A stretch of DNA of 64,000 nt, taken from positions 6,114-70,113 of IMG/VR virus record IMGVR_UViG_3300044655_001189, one strand, 5' to 3'. This DNA is from a virus. Both the position numbers and the translations under genes were made by a program. The notes beneath the pieces were generated by a model. The model searched no databases, was not told the DNA's origin, and saw only the letters and a list, made by a program, of their open reading frames with translations. Of this stretch, positions 15,532-26,155 are shown piece by piece. Every line of letters starts with the position of its first letter. Positions within the stretch are counted from its first letter, which is position 1.

Positions 15532-16175
15532 TGTTTGATGTAATTCTATCTGGAATACCGCACGATAGCTCTAGTGAGCAAAGTGGTGCGCTTGTGATTG
15601 ACACATCCTTATTGCGCAAAGTTGTGTTGAATAAGAAAGGCGGTCTTGATTTGGAGTACGCAATTGATGTGTACGATGCAGAGCGTCAGGAAACCATGAC
15701 CACCAAATTTGCATTAGATAGTCCTATACCGGTACATGAGGATTTAACCAAGGTGTTTGTTTTGCTTGGTGCCCACCTTGCGTATGTAACAGATCAGGTT
15801 ACTGACAAGACCAAGGGATTGAGCAATCGTATTGTGAAGCAAGAGTGCTTAGAGTCAGATGATGAAATCTTTGGCACCATCTATTGCAAACAAGTAGCAT
15901 TGAAAGGCAAACCTGATGAAGATGCATCGGTGATGCTCTTTGGTGGCCGTAGGCTTAAAAACAAGCAGCATCTGGCATTGAATGGCAGCTTAATTAAGCT
16001 TAATGAGGAAGATTCTACTTATTCAGAGGTAGGTCAATTGGAGAATCTGATTGAGGACTTACGCTATGAGATTAGTCTGTATCTAGGAGGTAAGCGGAAA
16101 CCTTTTATTCAAATGGAAATAGGCTTCACTTCTGCAGACCAAGTGGAAGAGATTGAAGAAATTGACGTAGAGTAA
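15531..16175 (+). CDS. hypothetical phage protein
   Basis: 214 aa; HEDL...AHLA...YLGGK...QMEIGF pattern and an acidic tail. Confidence 0.7.
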   Translation: MFDVILSGIPHDSSSEQSGALVIDTSLLRKVVLNKKGGLDLEYAIDVYDAERQETMTTKFALDSPIPVHEDLTKVFVLLGAHLAYVTDQVTDKTKGLSNRIVKQECLESDDEIFGTIYCKQVALKGKPDEDASVMLFGGRRLKNKQHLALNGSLIKLNEEDSTYSEVGQLENLIEDLRYEISLYLGGKRKPFIQMEIGFTSADQVEEIEEIDVE

Positions 16176-16195
16176 TTGGCACGTTGCTAAAAGAT

Positions 16196-16232
16196 AAAAT
16201 CCCTTGTGGCTTGATTGCTGCAAGGGATTTTT
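16196..16232 (+). terminator. intrinsic (bidirectional) terminator
   Basis: AAAATCCCTTGTGGC...GCTGCAAGGGATTTTT. Confidence 0.75.
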
Positions 16233-16262
16233 ATTTCTATGTTTGTCACTCATAAAAAAGGT

Positions 16263-16541
16263 ATGGGACTCCTACAAATTGATTCTGTAACTACAGCAGA
16301 ACGTATTAGTCAACTGACTGTGCAGAGTCTATTAGCACTAGCCGTTTTAATGCTTTCGGCCACTTGCATCTATCTTTACAAACAAGTACGTGATATGCAA
16401 AAAGCAGAAGTTGACCGCGCAGAAGAACGCACTGAAAAAATGATTGTTATATCTACGCAGACTAAAAGCGCGTTTGAAAATCTATCAGTAACTGTAAACG
16501 AAATTGTGGGAATTGTACGCGAGTTGAAATATAAACCATAG
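16263..16541 (+). CDS. putative holin-like membrane protein
   Basis: One TM helix followed by a coiled coil. Start reassigned to ATG 16263, after the TATGTTTG promoter at 16238. Confidence 0.45.
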   Translation: MGLLQIDSVTTAERISQLTVQSLLALAVLMLSATCIYLYKQVRDMQKAEVDRAEERTEKMIVISTQTKSAFENLSVTVNEIVGIVRELKYKP

Positions 16542-16545
16542 CATT

Positions 16546-16797
16546 ATGAAATCACAAATTAAAAGCCTGTACGCAAAGTGTGATGAATCAATGGATAACC
16601 TCATTTGTTCACTCAAAGAGTTTAATCAAAGTTTTGAGTCGTCAGAGTTAAATCCAAATATTCCACATGCAGTGCATAAAAAAGATAAAGACGAATCTTA
16701 CGCACAATACATAAGCACCTTACAAAGATTCACTGTTCCACGATTTGTAATTGACTTCATTACCTTGGGCTTCTTTTCAAAATACATTTACAGCTAA
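16546..16797 (+). CDS. hypothetical protein
   Basis: 83-aa ORF coupled to the next gene. Confidence 0.55.
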   Translation: MKSQIKSLYAKCDESMDNLICSLKEFNQSFESSELNPNIPHAVHKKDKDESYAQYISTLQRFTVPRFVIDFITLGFFSKYIYS

Positions 16798-17351
16798 TGC
16801 GTACAGCAATAGTTTTATCTTCAACCAATACAAAACATATACCTGTAGCTCAAGAAGACGTACAGGTATTTTTGTTATCAGAATCCTATGACACATTTAA
16901 GCAAGCATATAACGACATTCATGAAACTGGAAATGCGGTTGTTCCTTGTAGTTCTGAGTGGACTGGTCTTACTACGGTTTTAACACATGCATATCAAAAC
17001 CGTTATCAATTTTTAAAATGGATTGGCCCAAGTGGACAGCAAACGTTCATTAAAAAAAACGTGGCTATAACCATCTTAATTGACGGATCGTTTGGAGTTT
17101 CTTTGTATCAGCTTCGCAGACTTATTCAGTTGGCATATAAGCGAACAATCAGCGAAGAGGAAATAGTGAACTACATTTTTGATTTGAACTACACTGCCAA
17201 TGGTATAATCTATGATATTGCTAGGTGGTCAGGAATTACAGTACCAGATCACATTGCTCCATTGTCATTGAATGATGCTCAAGTGTATATTGCACGTTGG
17301 GGTGGAGTACCGGGCAAAGAAAGATTCAAGACTCCATACGCTATTAAATGA
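16797..17351 (+). CDS. hypothetical protein
   Basis: 184-aa ORF. Confidence 0.65.
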   Translation: MRTAIVLSSTNTKHIPVAQEDVQVFLLSESYDTFKQAYNDIHETGNAVVPCSSEWTGLTTVLTHAYQNRYQFLKWIGPSGQQTFIKKNVAITILIDGSFGVSLYQLRRLIQLAYKRTISEEEIVNYIFDLNYTANGIIYDIARWSGITVPDHIAPLSLNDAQVYIARWGGVPGKERFKTPYAIK

Positions 17352-17734
17352 TAATCTATACTTCACTATTTGCGTTACTGTGTGCTATGGTAGTTGTGCC
17401 AATGTGGTGCTTGGGATTGAGGATGATTAGTAACTATACAGAAGCTGGTCAATTTCGAGGAACGCCAATTGAATTTGTAAGCAATCCAGTAGATAAAAAA
17501 TTGTTTTGGTTTGTCCGCGCTTACTTCATGAGGAAGCATCAATTCATTGGCCGACCAATCATTACTTGTGTGAGCTGTATGCCATCAATCCATACGTTGT
17601 ACGTTATGGCCATACTCTACATAGGCTTAGAAGTATCGTTTACCCTTTGGTTTATTCCATGCTATATCTTTGTGGCTGTATCATCATCCTTCACCTGTGG
17701 GTACTGGTGGTCTAAATTCCAGAACAATGGCTGA
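17348..17734 (+). CDS. DUF1360-like membrane protein
   Basis: Hydrophobic helices with a PIITCVSCMPSIH CxxC motif. Confidence 0.55.
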   Translation: MIIYTSLFALLCAMVVVPMWCLGLRMISNYTEAGQFRGTPIEFVSNPVDKKLFWFVRAYFMRKHQFIGRPIITCVSCMPSIHTLYVMAILYIGLEVSFTLWFIPCYIFVAVSSSFTCGYWWSKFQNNG

Positions 17735-18017
17735 GCAAAAATCTAAACGAAATAGACTAGCTGGCACCACTAAGGGCAAGTCTGACAGTGCAAAGTTTTA
17801 CCACGAGAACGAAGATGCTCGTAAGAAAAAGGAAGCCTATGATAAGAAATTCCACGCTACTACAGAGCGAAAAAAATATAGAGCCGAACTCAATAAAGAG
17901 AATCGCAAATCGACATATAAGGTTGGGGACGGTAAAGATGCGTCACATACCAAATCAGGAAAAATGGTGCTTGAAAATCAATCTGCAAACAGAGCTAGAA
18001 ACAGAGGAAAGAAGTAG
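17727..18017 (+). CDS. HNH-like small basic protein
   Basis: RAELNKENR...GDGKDASH...ENQSANRARN, a reduced HNH pattern; start reassigned to ATG 17727. Confidence 0.65.
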   Translation: MAEQKSKRNRLAGTTKGKSDSAKFYHENEDARKKKEAYDKKFHATTERKKYRAELNKENRKSTYKVGDGKDASHTKSGKMVLENQSANRARNRGKK

Positions 18018-18257
18018 TAGTTTTTTTCTCATACTGGTTTCTGATATTGTTGTCAGGTATCGCTTGTATCAGAGCACTGAAATTAAATCAATACGAATAA
18101 AGGATTTTGTAAGTAGGTGGTGGAAAGGTTCGCTACAGCTTGATATTCCAAAGCAAAAATTCATAGAACAAGTAGTATATAGGGCAGGGTTAAAAACTAC
18201 TGGCAAAAAACCAATCGACTTGAACCATGTAACACTAGAGTTCAAAAACCTTGTAGG

Positions 18258-18815
18258 ATGATAGGACCAATTTTTAGTATCAATGCTCAAGGCGATTTTG
18301 GAATTATTGATGATCGACTTTACTTAGTTCCAGAGTTTCGTGAAATGCTTGCATTGCCAAATGGTATCAAGCTGATGCAATACACCTTTTGCATTTGTGA
18401 CTATTACTCTCCATACATACGCATAAGCGACCCAGACGACAGAGCACTCAAGGTATCAAATGATGTGTTAAAAGAAGCATTATCTAAAACTGAAAAAGAG
18501 CTTATTCGAAAAGCTACTAAAGTTTACAAAGAGCTGCAGGAACATCCATTAATGGAACAGTACGATGTAATGAAACGCATGCGTACATTGATGCAGAAAA
18601 AAATTGACATACTAGGTATTAGTGATGGGTCAAAAGCATCTGACATCATGGCTCTATCACAGCAACTTGTAAAGTACACAATGGATATGGAAAAGGTAGA
18701 AGAACAGATACGCCAGAAAAACGCTAAAATTGGTGGGTTATCGGGTATCAAACGTTCTTTATCAATTTATGAAGAGCGTGTGTACAAAGAACAACGGTCA
18801 AATGACTCTGAATGA
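18258..18815 (+). CDS. putative terminase small subunit
   Basis: Helical/coiled-coil protein with a DYYSPY motif, overlapping the TerL start. Confidence 0.5.
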   Translation: MIGPIFSINAQGDFGIIDDRLYLVPEFREMLALPNGIKLMQYTFCICDYYSPYIRISDPDDRALKVSNDVLKEALSKTEKELIRKATKVYKELQEHPLMEQYDVMKRMRTLMQKKIDILGISDGSKASDIMALSQQLVKYTMDMEKVEEQIRQKNAKIGGLSGIKRSLSIYEERVYKEQRSNDSE

Positions 18816-20755
18816 TTTACGGAATAGACTATGCTCCTGTTGTACGTTATGGTATGCCGCACAGACGGGATGGAGAAGGAGCGTATGAATTATTTTGGGA
18901 TGAAGAAATCAATCGTATAGAGAACGGGTACACACCACCATTAGGAACTTGGATTCCCGGTAACTACTATTTCTATTTAAATTATGGTACCATACGTGGT
19001 TTTCCAGAAGGAGTCAACGGTAAACGTGTAGCCAAACCAATACCAATGAAACCCATCTATAGAGATGGTGACCATCATGTATTCCAGCATTTGCACCAGT
19101 GCAAAATAGATGGGTGGGGTGCTATCCTACCTAAAGGACGTAGAAGGGGTTATTCATGGATGATTGACCATGTGGTGCTACATGAATTTATCACATCAGT
19201 ATCAGGACAGATGGCTGTAGGTTCTCAAGGAGAGCCAAACAAAGGGTACGTTAAAGAGTTTCGTAACAAGTTTGATTTGTCACTTTCTCGATTGCCTGAC
19301 GAATTACGTATAAGTTTGGGTCTAGAAAACAACATGGAGTTTTTGCGCACAGGATGGGATGAAACTGTAACTGGAGAAAAGCGCGAGTACGGACTACACA
19401 ACATTATTCATTGGGTCAACTTTGCAAACCCTGATAAACTTCGTGGTCTGCAGTTATCACTTTGCGTATGGGAAGAAGCAGGTGAGATTGAAAATCTGCT
19501 TTCATCATTTCTTGCCACCCAGGAATGTTTCAAGGAAGGTGACTGGATGTTTGGTCTGCCAATCATTGGCGGTACGTCAAACAAAATTCGCCATGACTCT
19601 ATGGACTTTCAAGAAATGTGTGAGAACGCAGAGGACAAGTATCACTTACGGCCGCTATTCCTAGATGCTACTACCTGTTACTTTCCGATGTACGATACCA
19701 AGACGGGTGTCAGCGATAGAGAAGGAGCAAAAGCCTTGCATGAAGCCAATCTGAAACGATTGAAAAAAAAGGATGGTAATGGCAACAATACTGCATACTG
19801 GACATATCGCCAAGAATATCCTCAAGAATGGTCTGACCTATGGTTGACCTATGGCTCTACAACATTTGACTTAGAGATAATCAACAATCAAATTGCGTAC
19901 CTATCTACAAGTGAACGTGCAATGGAAGGGGTTGAGTATGGAGAGCTTGAGTGGCCGAAGGACAAAGACGGCAAAGAACTTGAGGGTGCTATGCCAATAT
20001 GGGTGCCAAAACTTGATGGGAAATTGCTCAAGTGTGCCGATAATTTGCCACACCTACTGAATGCGCACAGCGCAGGTTATGACCCTTACTTTATTGATGA
20101 TTCGGTGAATGGTGGTAATCGCAATGCAGACCCTGACAACTCTAAGGCCGCTTGCGTTGTACGCAGAAGGTACATAGATGGCAACACGCTAGGTGACATG
20201 CCAGCGATGCTATACTTTGACAGGCCATATCTTAAAGAGGAAAGCTATATGTACACATGGAAAATGTGTGTGTACTATAACACTCAAGTGTTGGCTGAAA
20301 CTGGTGATGATATGTTCTTTAAGTTTTTTATTGATAGGAAGATTGCGCGTATGTTAAAGCCAAGGCCAGTAGCTGCTGAAAGCCCTAATAGCGAAGCGCA
20401 GAATCGGTATGGGATAAACATGAAAGGGTATCAGAAAGCATTGGGCGAAGGATTGGCTGATGATGATTTAAAACGCAACATTGGAAACCACAGAATGATT
20501 CCATTGCTTAAGCAATTGGCTGTCTATGGAACAAAAAATACTGACATTGCAATGGCCTACATAATTGCTCTAATACATGACTATGATATGAGTAGAATTA
20601 TGGTAAGCGAACAGGTCGATGAAACTGAGAAATTACGTTTACCATCATTCAGTGAAGTGAATGGTAGAATTGTATCTAATTTTGGAGCAACCAGTAGAGA
20701 GCGGTTAAGCAGTACAGGCAATTCATTTTCAGAACGTTTTAAATACGGATACTAA
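18812..20755 (+). CDS. terL: terminase large subunit
   Basis: NYYFYLNY, Walker A KGRRRGYS, Walker B WEEAG, coupling motif GGTS, nuclease GYDPY and TDIAMA. Confidence 0.93.
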   Translation: MIYGIDYAPVVRYGMPHRRDGEGAYELFWDEEINRIENGYTPPLGTWIPGNYYFYLNYGTIRGFPEGVNGKRVAKPIPMKPIYRDGDHHVFQHLHQCKIDGWGAILPKGRRRGYSWMIDHVVLHEFITSVSGQMAVGSQGEPNKGYVKEFRNKFDLSLSRLPDELRISLGLENNMEFLRTGWDETVTGEKREYGLHNIIHWVNFANPDKLRGLQLSLCVWEEAGEIENLLSSFLATQECFKEGDWMFGLPIIGGTSNKIRHDSMDFQEMCENAEDKYHLRPLFLDATTCYFPMYDTKTGVSDREGAKALHEANLKRLKKKDGNGNNTAYWTYRQEYPQEWSDLWLTYGSTTFDLEIINNQIAYLSTSERAMEGVEYGELEWPKDKDGKELEGAMPIWVPKLDGKLLKCADNLPHLLNAHSAGYDPYFIDDSVNGGNRNADPDNSKAACVVRRRYIDGNTLGDMPAMLYFDRPYLKEESYMYTWKMCVYYNTQVLAETGDDMFFKFFIDRKIARMLKPRPVAAESPNSEAQNRYGINMKGYQKALGEGLADDDLKRNIGNHRMIPLLKQLAVYGTKNTDIAMAYIIALIHDYDMSRIMVSEQVDETEKLRLPSFSEVNGRIVSNFGATSRERLSSTGNSFSERFKYGY

Positions 20756-22992
20756 TGTTCCCATCCACACTTGTACCACGTGACAAAGCAAAAAAAGAAG
20801 AATGGCTAACCAATTGGGGTAATGCCATTAGTAACGCCACTGGGTCTAATTATACGAGGCGTTTACATAGACTACATTCTAATTGGCAGCATTACTACGG
20901 TAATACAAATACCGAAGATTTCAGATACATGACTGAAATGTATGGCCTAAGAACACCAGCTCGTTTTGTTGGTTATCCATTCCTTTACAAATTGGTAGAA
21001 GCTTTAGTTGGAGAATCAAGTGGAGATACTTTAGACTTTTCTGTTGAATGCGTAGACAGCGACATTATTTCCTCAAAGCTTGAAAAGCGGATTGAAGCTG
21101 GAACTAATGTGCTTACTGCAGGGTTACGTAAAATACTAGGTGGAGTAAGCAAACAAGACTTGTTTCAACAAGAAGGTGTGGCGGATGAGTTGCCTGACAA
21201 CATTGCTGCATTGGATGAAATGAGTTTCCATGATAATACGGAAGTCGGTATGATGTATGTGATGCGCCACTTGCAACAGAAGTATGACTTAGACTTAATT
21301 TTTGAGGATGGTATGCGTGAGATGGCAATCAGTTATTCACCTACCTATAGGGTATATGTAAAAAATGGTGACCCATTTGCCGAAGTAGTAAGCCCATCAA
21401 GGATAACTTATGGTTCTCACGAAAGCTTGAAGTGGTTACAATACGCTCCATGGGTACGTGATGAACAGGAAATACCATTGTCGCACGTTATTGACGAATA
21501 CCGTCACATATTAAAACCAGAGGATATTCGAAAGTTTGAGGGGTGGATGTCTGGTGGTGAAATCAAATCTTTTGATGGTTCTATTCCTTGGGCCAAATGG
21601 GGGCGTTACGATACAGAGAATCAGCAAATTTTATTGCGCGTGGTACGATGGGAGTTCATGGCCATAGAAGAAATTGCAATGCGCCAGAGCGCGAATAAGT
21701 ACGCTCCTAATATGCCATTCCTAAAGATTGTTTCGGGTGATACTGAATCCAAAGATGTGAAGCGCAAGCCTATCAATATGGTGTATCAAGGTGTAATGAT
21801 AGCTGGAAAGCAGTACGATAAACGTTTGCGCAATGATCAAGTACGCCACAATGAAGATTATGCTCAAACCCATCTAAGCTACTTTGGTTGTGTAAAGAAT
21901 GGCATCAGTATCATTGACGCTACTAAGGAACTATCGAACATGATGTGTATCGTAATGTTCCACATAGAATCCATGCTCAATAGAGCAGGTGGTCGTGCGG
22001 TGGTTTATGATATTGCACAGAAGCCAAAGAACATTCCCCTGGAAGATATTTTTTACCATGCCAAAGAAGGGGGTATCATTTTCATCAACACTAAAGAAGA
22101 GGGCAGTCAGCTTTCTCGTGGATTTAATCAGTTCCAACAGATAGACTTTACACTATCTAGTTCTATCCAGCAGTTGTTTCAATTGAAAGCGATGTTGGAA
22201 GATACTATGCAAAGCATTACGGGCATCAACCCTAATCGTACTGGTGAAGGTCGCCATGATGAAACGGTAAAGAATAACAATAGTAAAATTCAGCAATCCA
22301 CATATATCACACAGTCGATGTATGACGACCATTACAAAGTGGTCCAAGACGTTATGAATGAATTGTTGAACTTGGTAAAGATTGCTTGGGATGATGACAA
22401 TGAAAGGCTTGTAACTGTCTTTGGAGATAGAGGACGAGAGATTGTAAAGTTGATGAAAGACTGGTTGGGCCACCACTATGGTCTGTATGTCAAAAACTCT
22501 CAAAAAGAAAAAGCTAAAAAACAGAACATAATGGAATTGGGGCGTGCAGCTCTTGCTTCTGGTCAAATAGGATTTGAACAAATTTTATTGATGGGTAATA
22601 AATCGAACTCTAAAGAAATGGAGCGCGTATTTAAAAAATCCATGGCTATTATGAAAAAAGAATCAGCAGCCAATCAAAATGCTAAGATGCAGTCTGAGGA
22701 AGGTGATAGACAGTTAAAGCGCGAAGAGATACAGTCACGCATTGTTGCCGCACGTATTGAAGCTGGTGCTTATGTAGAAACTAAACGTCTGGAAATATCT
22801 GCACAGTATGGATTGGCCGATAGTCAAAACATGACCAAGCTTGCACAAGTTGCTGCAGAAAGCACAAACTCTCTTGATAAAATAGTTGAGGAAGCAAAGG
22901 TGAAATCAGGTGAGGAAATGGCTGCTATGCAACCACAACAACAACAACAACCAGAAAATGTAAATGCACAACAACCTATTGCAAGTGAATAA
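20755..22992 (+). CDS. portal protein
   Basis: 745 aa directly after TerL; FQQIDFTLS...ITGINPNRTG motif and a coiled-coil C-terminal barrel. Confidence 0.88.
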   Translation: MFPSTLVPRDKAKKEEWLTNWGNAISNATGSNYTRRLHRLHSNWQHYYGNTNTEDFRYMTEMYGLRTPARFVGYPFLYKLVEALVGESSGDTLDFSVECVDSDIISSKLEKRIEAGTNVLTAGLRKILGGVSKQDLFQQEGVADELPDNIAALDEMSFHDNTEVGMMYVMRHLQQKYDLDLIFEDGMREMAISYSPTYRVYVKNGDPFAEVVSPSRITYGSHESLKWLQYAPWVRDEQEIPLSHVIDEYRHILKPEDIRKFEGWMSGGEIKSFDGSIPWAKWGRYDTENQQILLRVVRWEFMAIEEIAMRQSANKYAPNMPFLKIVSGDTESKDVKRKPINMVYQGVMIAGKQYDKRLRNDQVRHNEDYAQTHLSYFGCVKNGISIIDATKELSNMMCIVMFHIESMLNRAGGRAVVYDIAQKPKNIPLEDIFYHAKEGGIIFINTKEEGSQLSRGFNQFQQIDFTLSSSIQQLFQLKAMLEDTMQSITGINPNRTGEGRHDETVKNNNSKIQQSTYITQSMYDDHYKVVQDVMNELLNLVKIAWDDDNERLVTVFGDRGREIVKLMKDWLGHHYGLYVKNSQKEKAKKQNIMELGRAALASGQIGFEQILLMGNKSNSKEMERVFKKSMAIMKKESAANQNAKMQSEEGDRQLKREEIQSRIVAARIEAGAYVETKRLEISAQYGLADSQNMTKLAQVAAESTNSLDKIVEEAKVKSGEEMAAMQPQQQQQPENVNAQQPIASE

Positions 22993-23031
22993 GGTTTCTC
23001 TCTATATTTGAGCGCACCTAAAACTAATGAC

Positions 23032-24060
23032 ATGGTAGTTGAAGCACAAGCTAATGCAGTACCCACAGAACAACCCCAAGGGTTTGATGCGGCTGCGTTC
23101 TTGACTGGAAGAAATACAGAAGTACTTGGAGGTAAGCCAAACGAAGTTGCTTCTCCAATTGCAACACAACAATCCCAAGTAGAAGCACCAGCGCCAGTAT
23201 CGGCAGCTAGTGTTGCTGCAGCAGAAGCAGAAGCGGCTTTTAATCTTACGCTTTCTCAACGTGCTGCAACTCGTCTGACTGAACGACTAGGGGTTACAGA
23301 AGAAAACCCATTGACCGAGGATAGGCTCTTAGAATACTTTGATGCCATAGAGCGCAATGAATCAACCCTACGTGCTCAATTAGTAGAGAGTGGAGTGTAC
23401 GACAGCGAGGTTATCAAGGACATTGAAAAAACTAAGGCGCTATCAAAAGAAGATGCTGTAAAACAGCACTTAATTGCTTTGGGTTTAGATGAAGAGGATG
23501 CAGCTACACGAGTAGAAATCCTAGAGAGTACTGGTGGAATTGACAGCATCTACAACAAGTATGTCACTTCATTAGATGCAAAAAAACAAGTAGAAATTGA
23601 CCGTCTGAAAGCAGAAAATGCACAGGCGATAGATAAACGTTCCCGTGGTTTGAATGGCTCAATGAGTCAGGAAGAAGCGGGGCAGCTCACCACTCTGCTC
23701 AATGAGCAACTAAAGGACGTGAGCACGATTGCTGGTGTGAGTTTTGGCTCTACACCAGAAGAAGCCCAAGCAAGCAAAGCTGCTCATGTGGAGTACTTAG
23801 TTTCTGGCAAATTTGAAAAAGACCTTAGAGAAAACCCGACTGTGTATGCACAGATGGCGTTTGTATTTAAGAACCTAAAGACCATTCAGAGCGTTGCAAT
23901 AAGCAAGGGCGCTGAGTTGGGTAAGGCTGCGATTTTAAGCAAAATACAGAATCCAACTATTCCAAAATCAGGGCAACCCCCTGTACCTAACGGTAGTGGA
24001 GCTGGCTTTGATCCAGTAGCATTTAATCAAGGACGGCAAGAGGCACAAGCTAATAAGTAA
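23032..24060 (+). CDS. putative capsid scaffolding protein
   Basis: Acidic helical protein between portal and MCP; ATG 23032 follows the TATATTTG promoter at 23003. Confidence 0.6.
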   Translation: MVVEAQANAVPTEQPQGFDAAAFLTGRNTEVLGGKPNEVASPIATQQSQVEAPAPVSAASVAAAEAEAAFNLTLSQRAATRLTERLGVTEENPLTEDRLLEYFDAIERNESTLRAQLVESGVYDSEVIKDIEKTKALSKEDAVKQHLIALGLDEEDAATRVEILESTGGIDSIYNKYVTSLDAKKQVEIDRLKAENAQAIDKRSRGLNGSMSQEEAGQLTTLLNEQLKDVSTIAGVSFGSTPEEAQASKAAHVEYLVSGKFEKDLRENPTVYAQMAFVFKNLKTIQSVAISKGAELGKAAILSKIQNPTIPKSGQPPVPNGSGAGFDPVAFNQGRQEAQANK

Positions 24061-24090
24061 AGTCTACTCTGTTCTTAAATCCCATTTGTT

Positions 24091-25473
24091 ATGATTGTAA
24101 ATACAGGAAATTCTAGCACTTCGGCTACAGAAGCCAATTCGCTGATTACCAATTTGCTCAAGTACCCCGAAATCAGTCCAGTAGTTACTGACTTGTTTCC
24201 TCAGTATTCTTTGAACTACTTTATTGAGAACACCAAAAAGTATGCAAAGGAAGTTGAGTACGGGTCAAACAACGTAAGTTGGTTTCTAAAAGGACGTAGA
24301 TCACGTCCAAGTATTATTGACCCTGCCTATACAGGTTCGGCTACTGCAGGTGCTGGTAACACAGCTTTTGTGGTTGACTTTGCTCCAGGCGAATTGCATC
24401 TTTACCCTAAAGCGGTTGTTCGCTTTCCGGGCGAAGTAAACGCATGGGTAGAAAGTATCTCTGGCCTACAGGTTACTTTCCGTTTACAGGACAATAGTTC
24501 AACCCCTGCTACTGTAGACTTGTCTGCACCGGGTGGTATGACTGTTGGTATTATTGGAAACATGAACGAAGAAGGTTCTGCTCGTGGTTACGGCAACCAA
24601 ACGTTCCCTGATAAATACACCAATTACATGGGTATTTACCGCCAAGAAATGGAGATTACAGGCGATGCCTTGACCGACAAACTTTGGATTGAGTACAATG
24701 GCCAAGCGTTGTGGTATCACCGTCAATGGGCTGAATGGATGGAAGAGATTGAGTACGAGCGTGAGCTTGCACGTATCTACATGCACGCTACTATGAACAA
24801 TGCTGGTGTTGCTTTCCAATACGAGCCTGTGAGTGGTAAGCCGTTGATTCACGGTGATGGTCTGTTGAAGCAGATTGGTTTGAACAACGTTGACACCTAC
24901 TCAGGTGCTTCTTTGACTGAATCGCAAATTACTTCATTCCTTGCTGCTTTGTCTTTGAATACAGGACAGGGTCAAGAGTATTTGGTACTTGGAGGAACTG
25001 CAGGTATTTTGGCATTCGAAACTGCTATGAAAGCTTATGCTCCAGCGTTTGGTGCTCGCTTTGCAATGTCAGGTGGTGGTGATGTTACCCTTGGTGCTAA
25101 TTATCGTTCATTCGTGGGCTTTAATACCAAGTTGACTATCGCTCACAACCCATGTTTTGATGATGTGAACATTCACGGAAACGATATGGTAACTAATGCT
25201 TTTGGTGTTTATCCAAAAGAAAGTTACCGTTTGTTGTTCTTGAATGTGGGCAAACAAGGAGTAAGTAACTTCAACTTGGAAATGGCTGTAAAGTCTGCAG
25301 GTGGAATCAATCGTGGACGTGTTATCAAATACGTAAATGGTATGATTGACCCAATGAACCCAAGCAGCATGTATGCCGCAAGCGGTGATGACAAATTCAA
25401 AATTGAATATTTGTCACACACTGCATTGGTATTGCGCAATCCATGGAGTTGCGGTATGTTAGTACACGCCTAG
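24091..25473 (+). CDS. major capsid protein (HK97 fold)
   Basis: Position and size; EEGS...YTNYMGIYRQEMEITGDA, GDGLLKQI, and C-terminal LRNPWSCG. Confidence 0.88.
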   Translation: MIVNTGNSSTSATEANSLITNLLKYPEISPVVTDLFPQYSLNYFIENTKKYAKEVEYGSNNVSWFLKGRRSRPSIIDPAYTGSATAGAGNTAFVVDFAPGELHLYPKAVVRFPGEVNAWVESISGLQVTFRLQDNSSTPATVDLSAPGGMTVGIIGNMNEEGSARGYGNQTFPDKYTNYMGIYRQEMEITGDALTDKLWIEYNGQALWYHRQWAEWMEEIEYERELARIYMHATMNNAGVAFQYEPVSGKPLIHGDGLLKQIGLNNVDTYSGASLTESQITSFLAALSLNTGQGQEYLVLGGTAGILAFETAMKAYAPAFGARFAMSGGGDVTLGANYRSFVGFNTKLTIAHNPCFDDVNIHGNDMVTNAFGVYPKESYRLLFLNVGKQGVSNFNLEMAVKSAGGINRGRVIKYVNGMIDPMNPSSMYAASGDDKFKIEYLSHTALVLRNPWSCGMLVHA

Positions 25474-25508
25474 ATTTTAATTATTAACCATTCTAAAACC
25501 ATAGCACC

Positions 25509-26153
25509 ATGAGTACTGCAGTGCAAGCAAAAGACCTAGTAACCATCAGCTTTAAGGATAAGCCGGGCAAGATTACTTTACGTGACCATACTAACATAAA
25601 GGGTGATGATTACGTTCTAACTAATTCGAAAGGAGAATCCACTTCGTACACGTTAGACCGAACTCAGCAATTCGATTTGTCAAAGCCGTTTGATGCTAAG
25701 ATTGTCGAAGGGTTTAGGAATCATCCGATATTCGGAAAGGCCCTTGTAATTAAATCGCGTACTGCGGAAGCCAAGAAGGTGGTAGTAACCTATGACTTGA
25801 TGGAAGCCGCTGGCACATTCATTAAGAAGATGGGTGCAGGTGTAGGTAGTTTTGCACGAGTACTTGGAGTGCATGTGAATGGCTTAGACCCAATTGAAAT
25901 CAAGGCACGCTTGTTGGAGATTGCCATGAAAGACCCACAAAGAATCTTAGACTTGAAGGAGGATCCAAACTTCGCTCTAAGAGTCCTTTTAATTGAAGGT
26001 TTGTCTGTAGGTGTATTTACTCGAAGAGAAGGTATCTACATGTATGGAACGACATCATTAGGTTCAACGGAACCATTGGCTATTGAGTGGTTAAGCAAAA
26101 ACACAGACCTTACGCCAGCTCTCCGCAAGGAGGTTGACGGCAAACTTAAATAG
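25509..26153 (+). CDS. conserved crAss-like protein downstream of MCP
   Basis: Position; IAMKDPQ...GVFTRREGIYMYGTTSLG...EWL pattern. Confidence 0.6.
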   Translation: MSTAVQAKDLVTISFKDKPGKITLRDHTNIKGDDYVLTNSKGESTSYTLDRTQQFDLSKPFDAKIVEGFRNHPIFGKALVIKSRTAEAKKVVVTYDLMEAAGTFIKKMGAGVGSFARVLGVHVNGLDPIEIKARLLEIAMKDPQRILDLKEDPNFALRVLLIEGLSVGVFTRREGIYMYGTTSLGSTEPLAIEWLSKNTDLTPALRKEVDGKLK

Positions 26154-26155
26154 GA

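Noticed and set aside
18812-25473. Introns or inteins in TerL, portal or MCP
   Set aside because: ORFs are continuous and of normal size, with no intein terminal motifs or LAGLIDADG seen.
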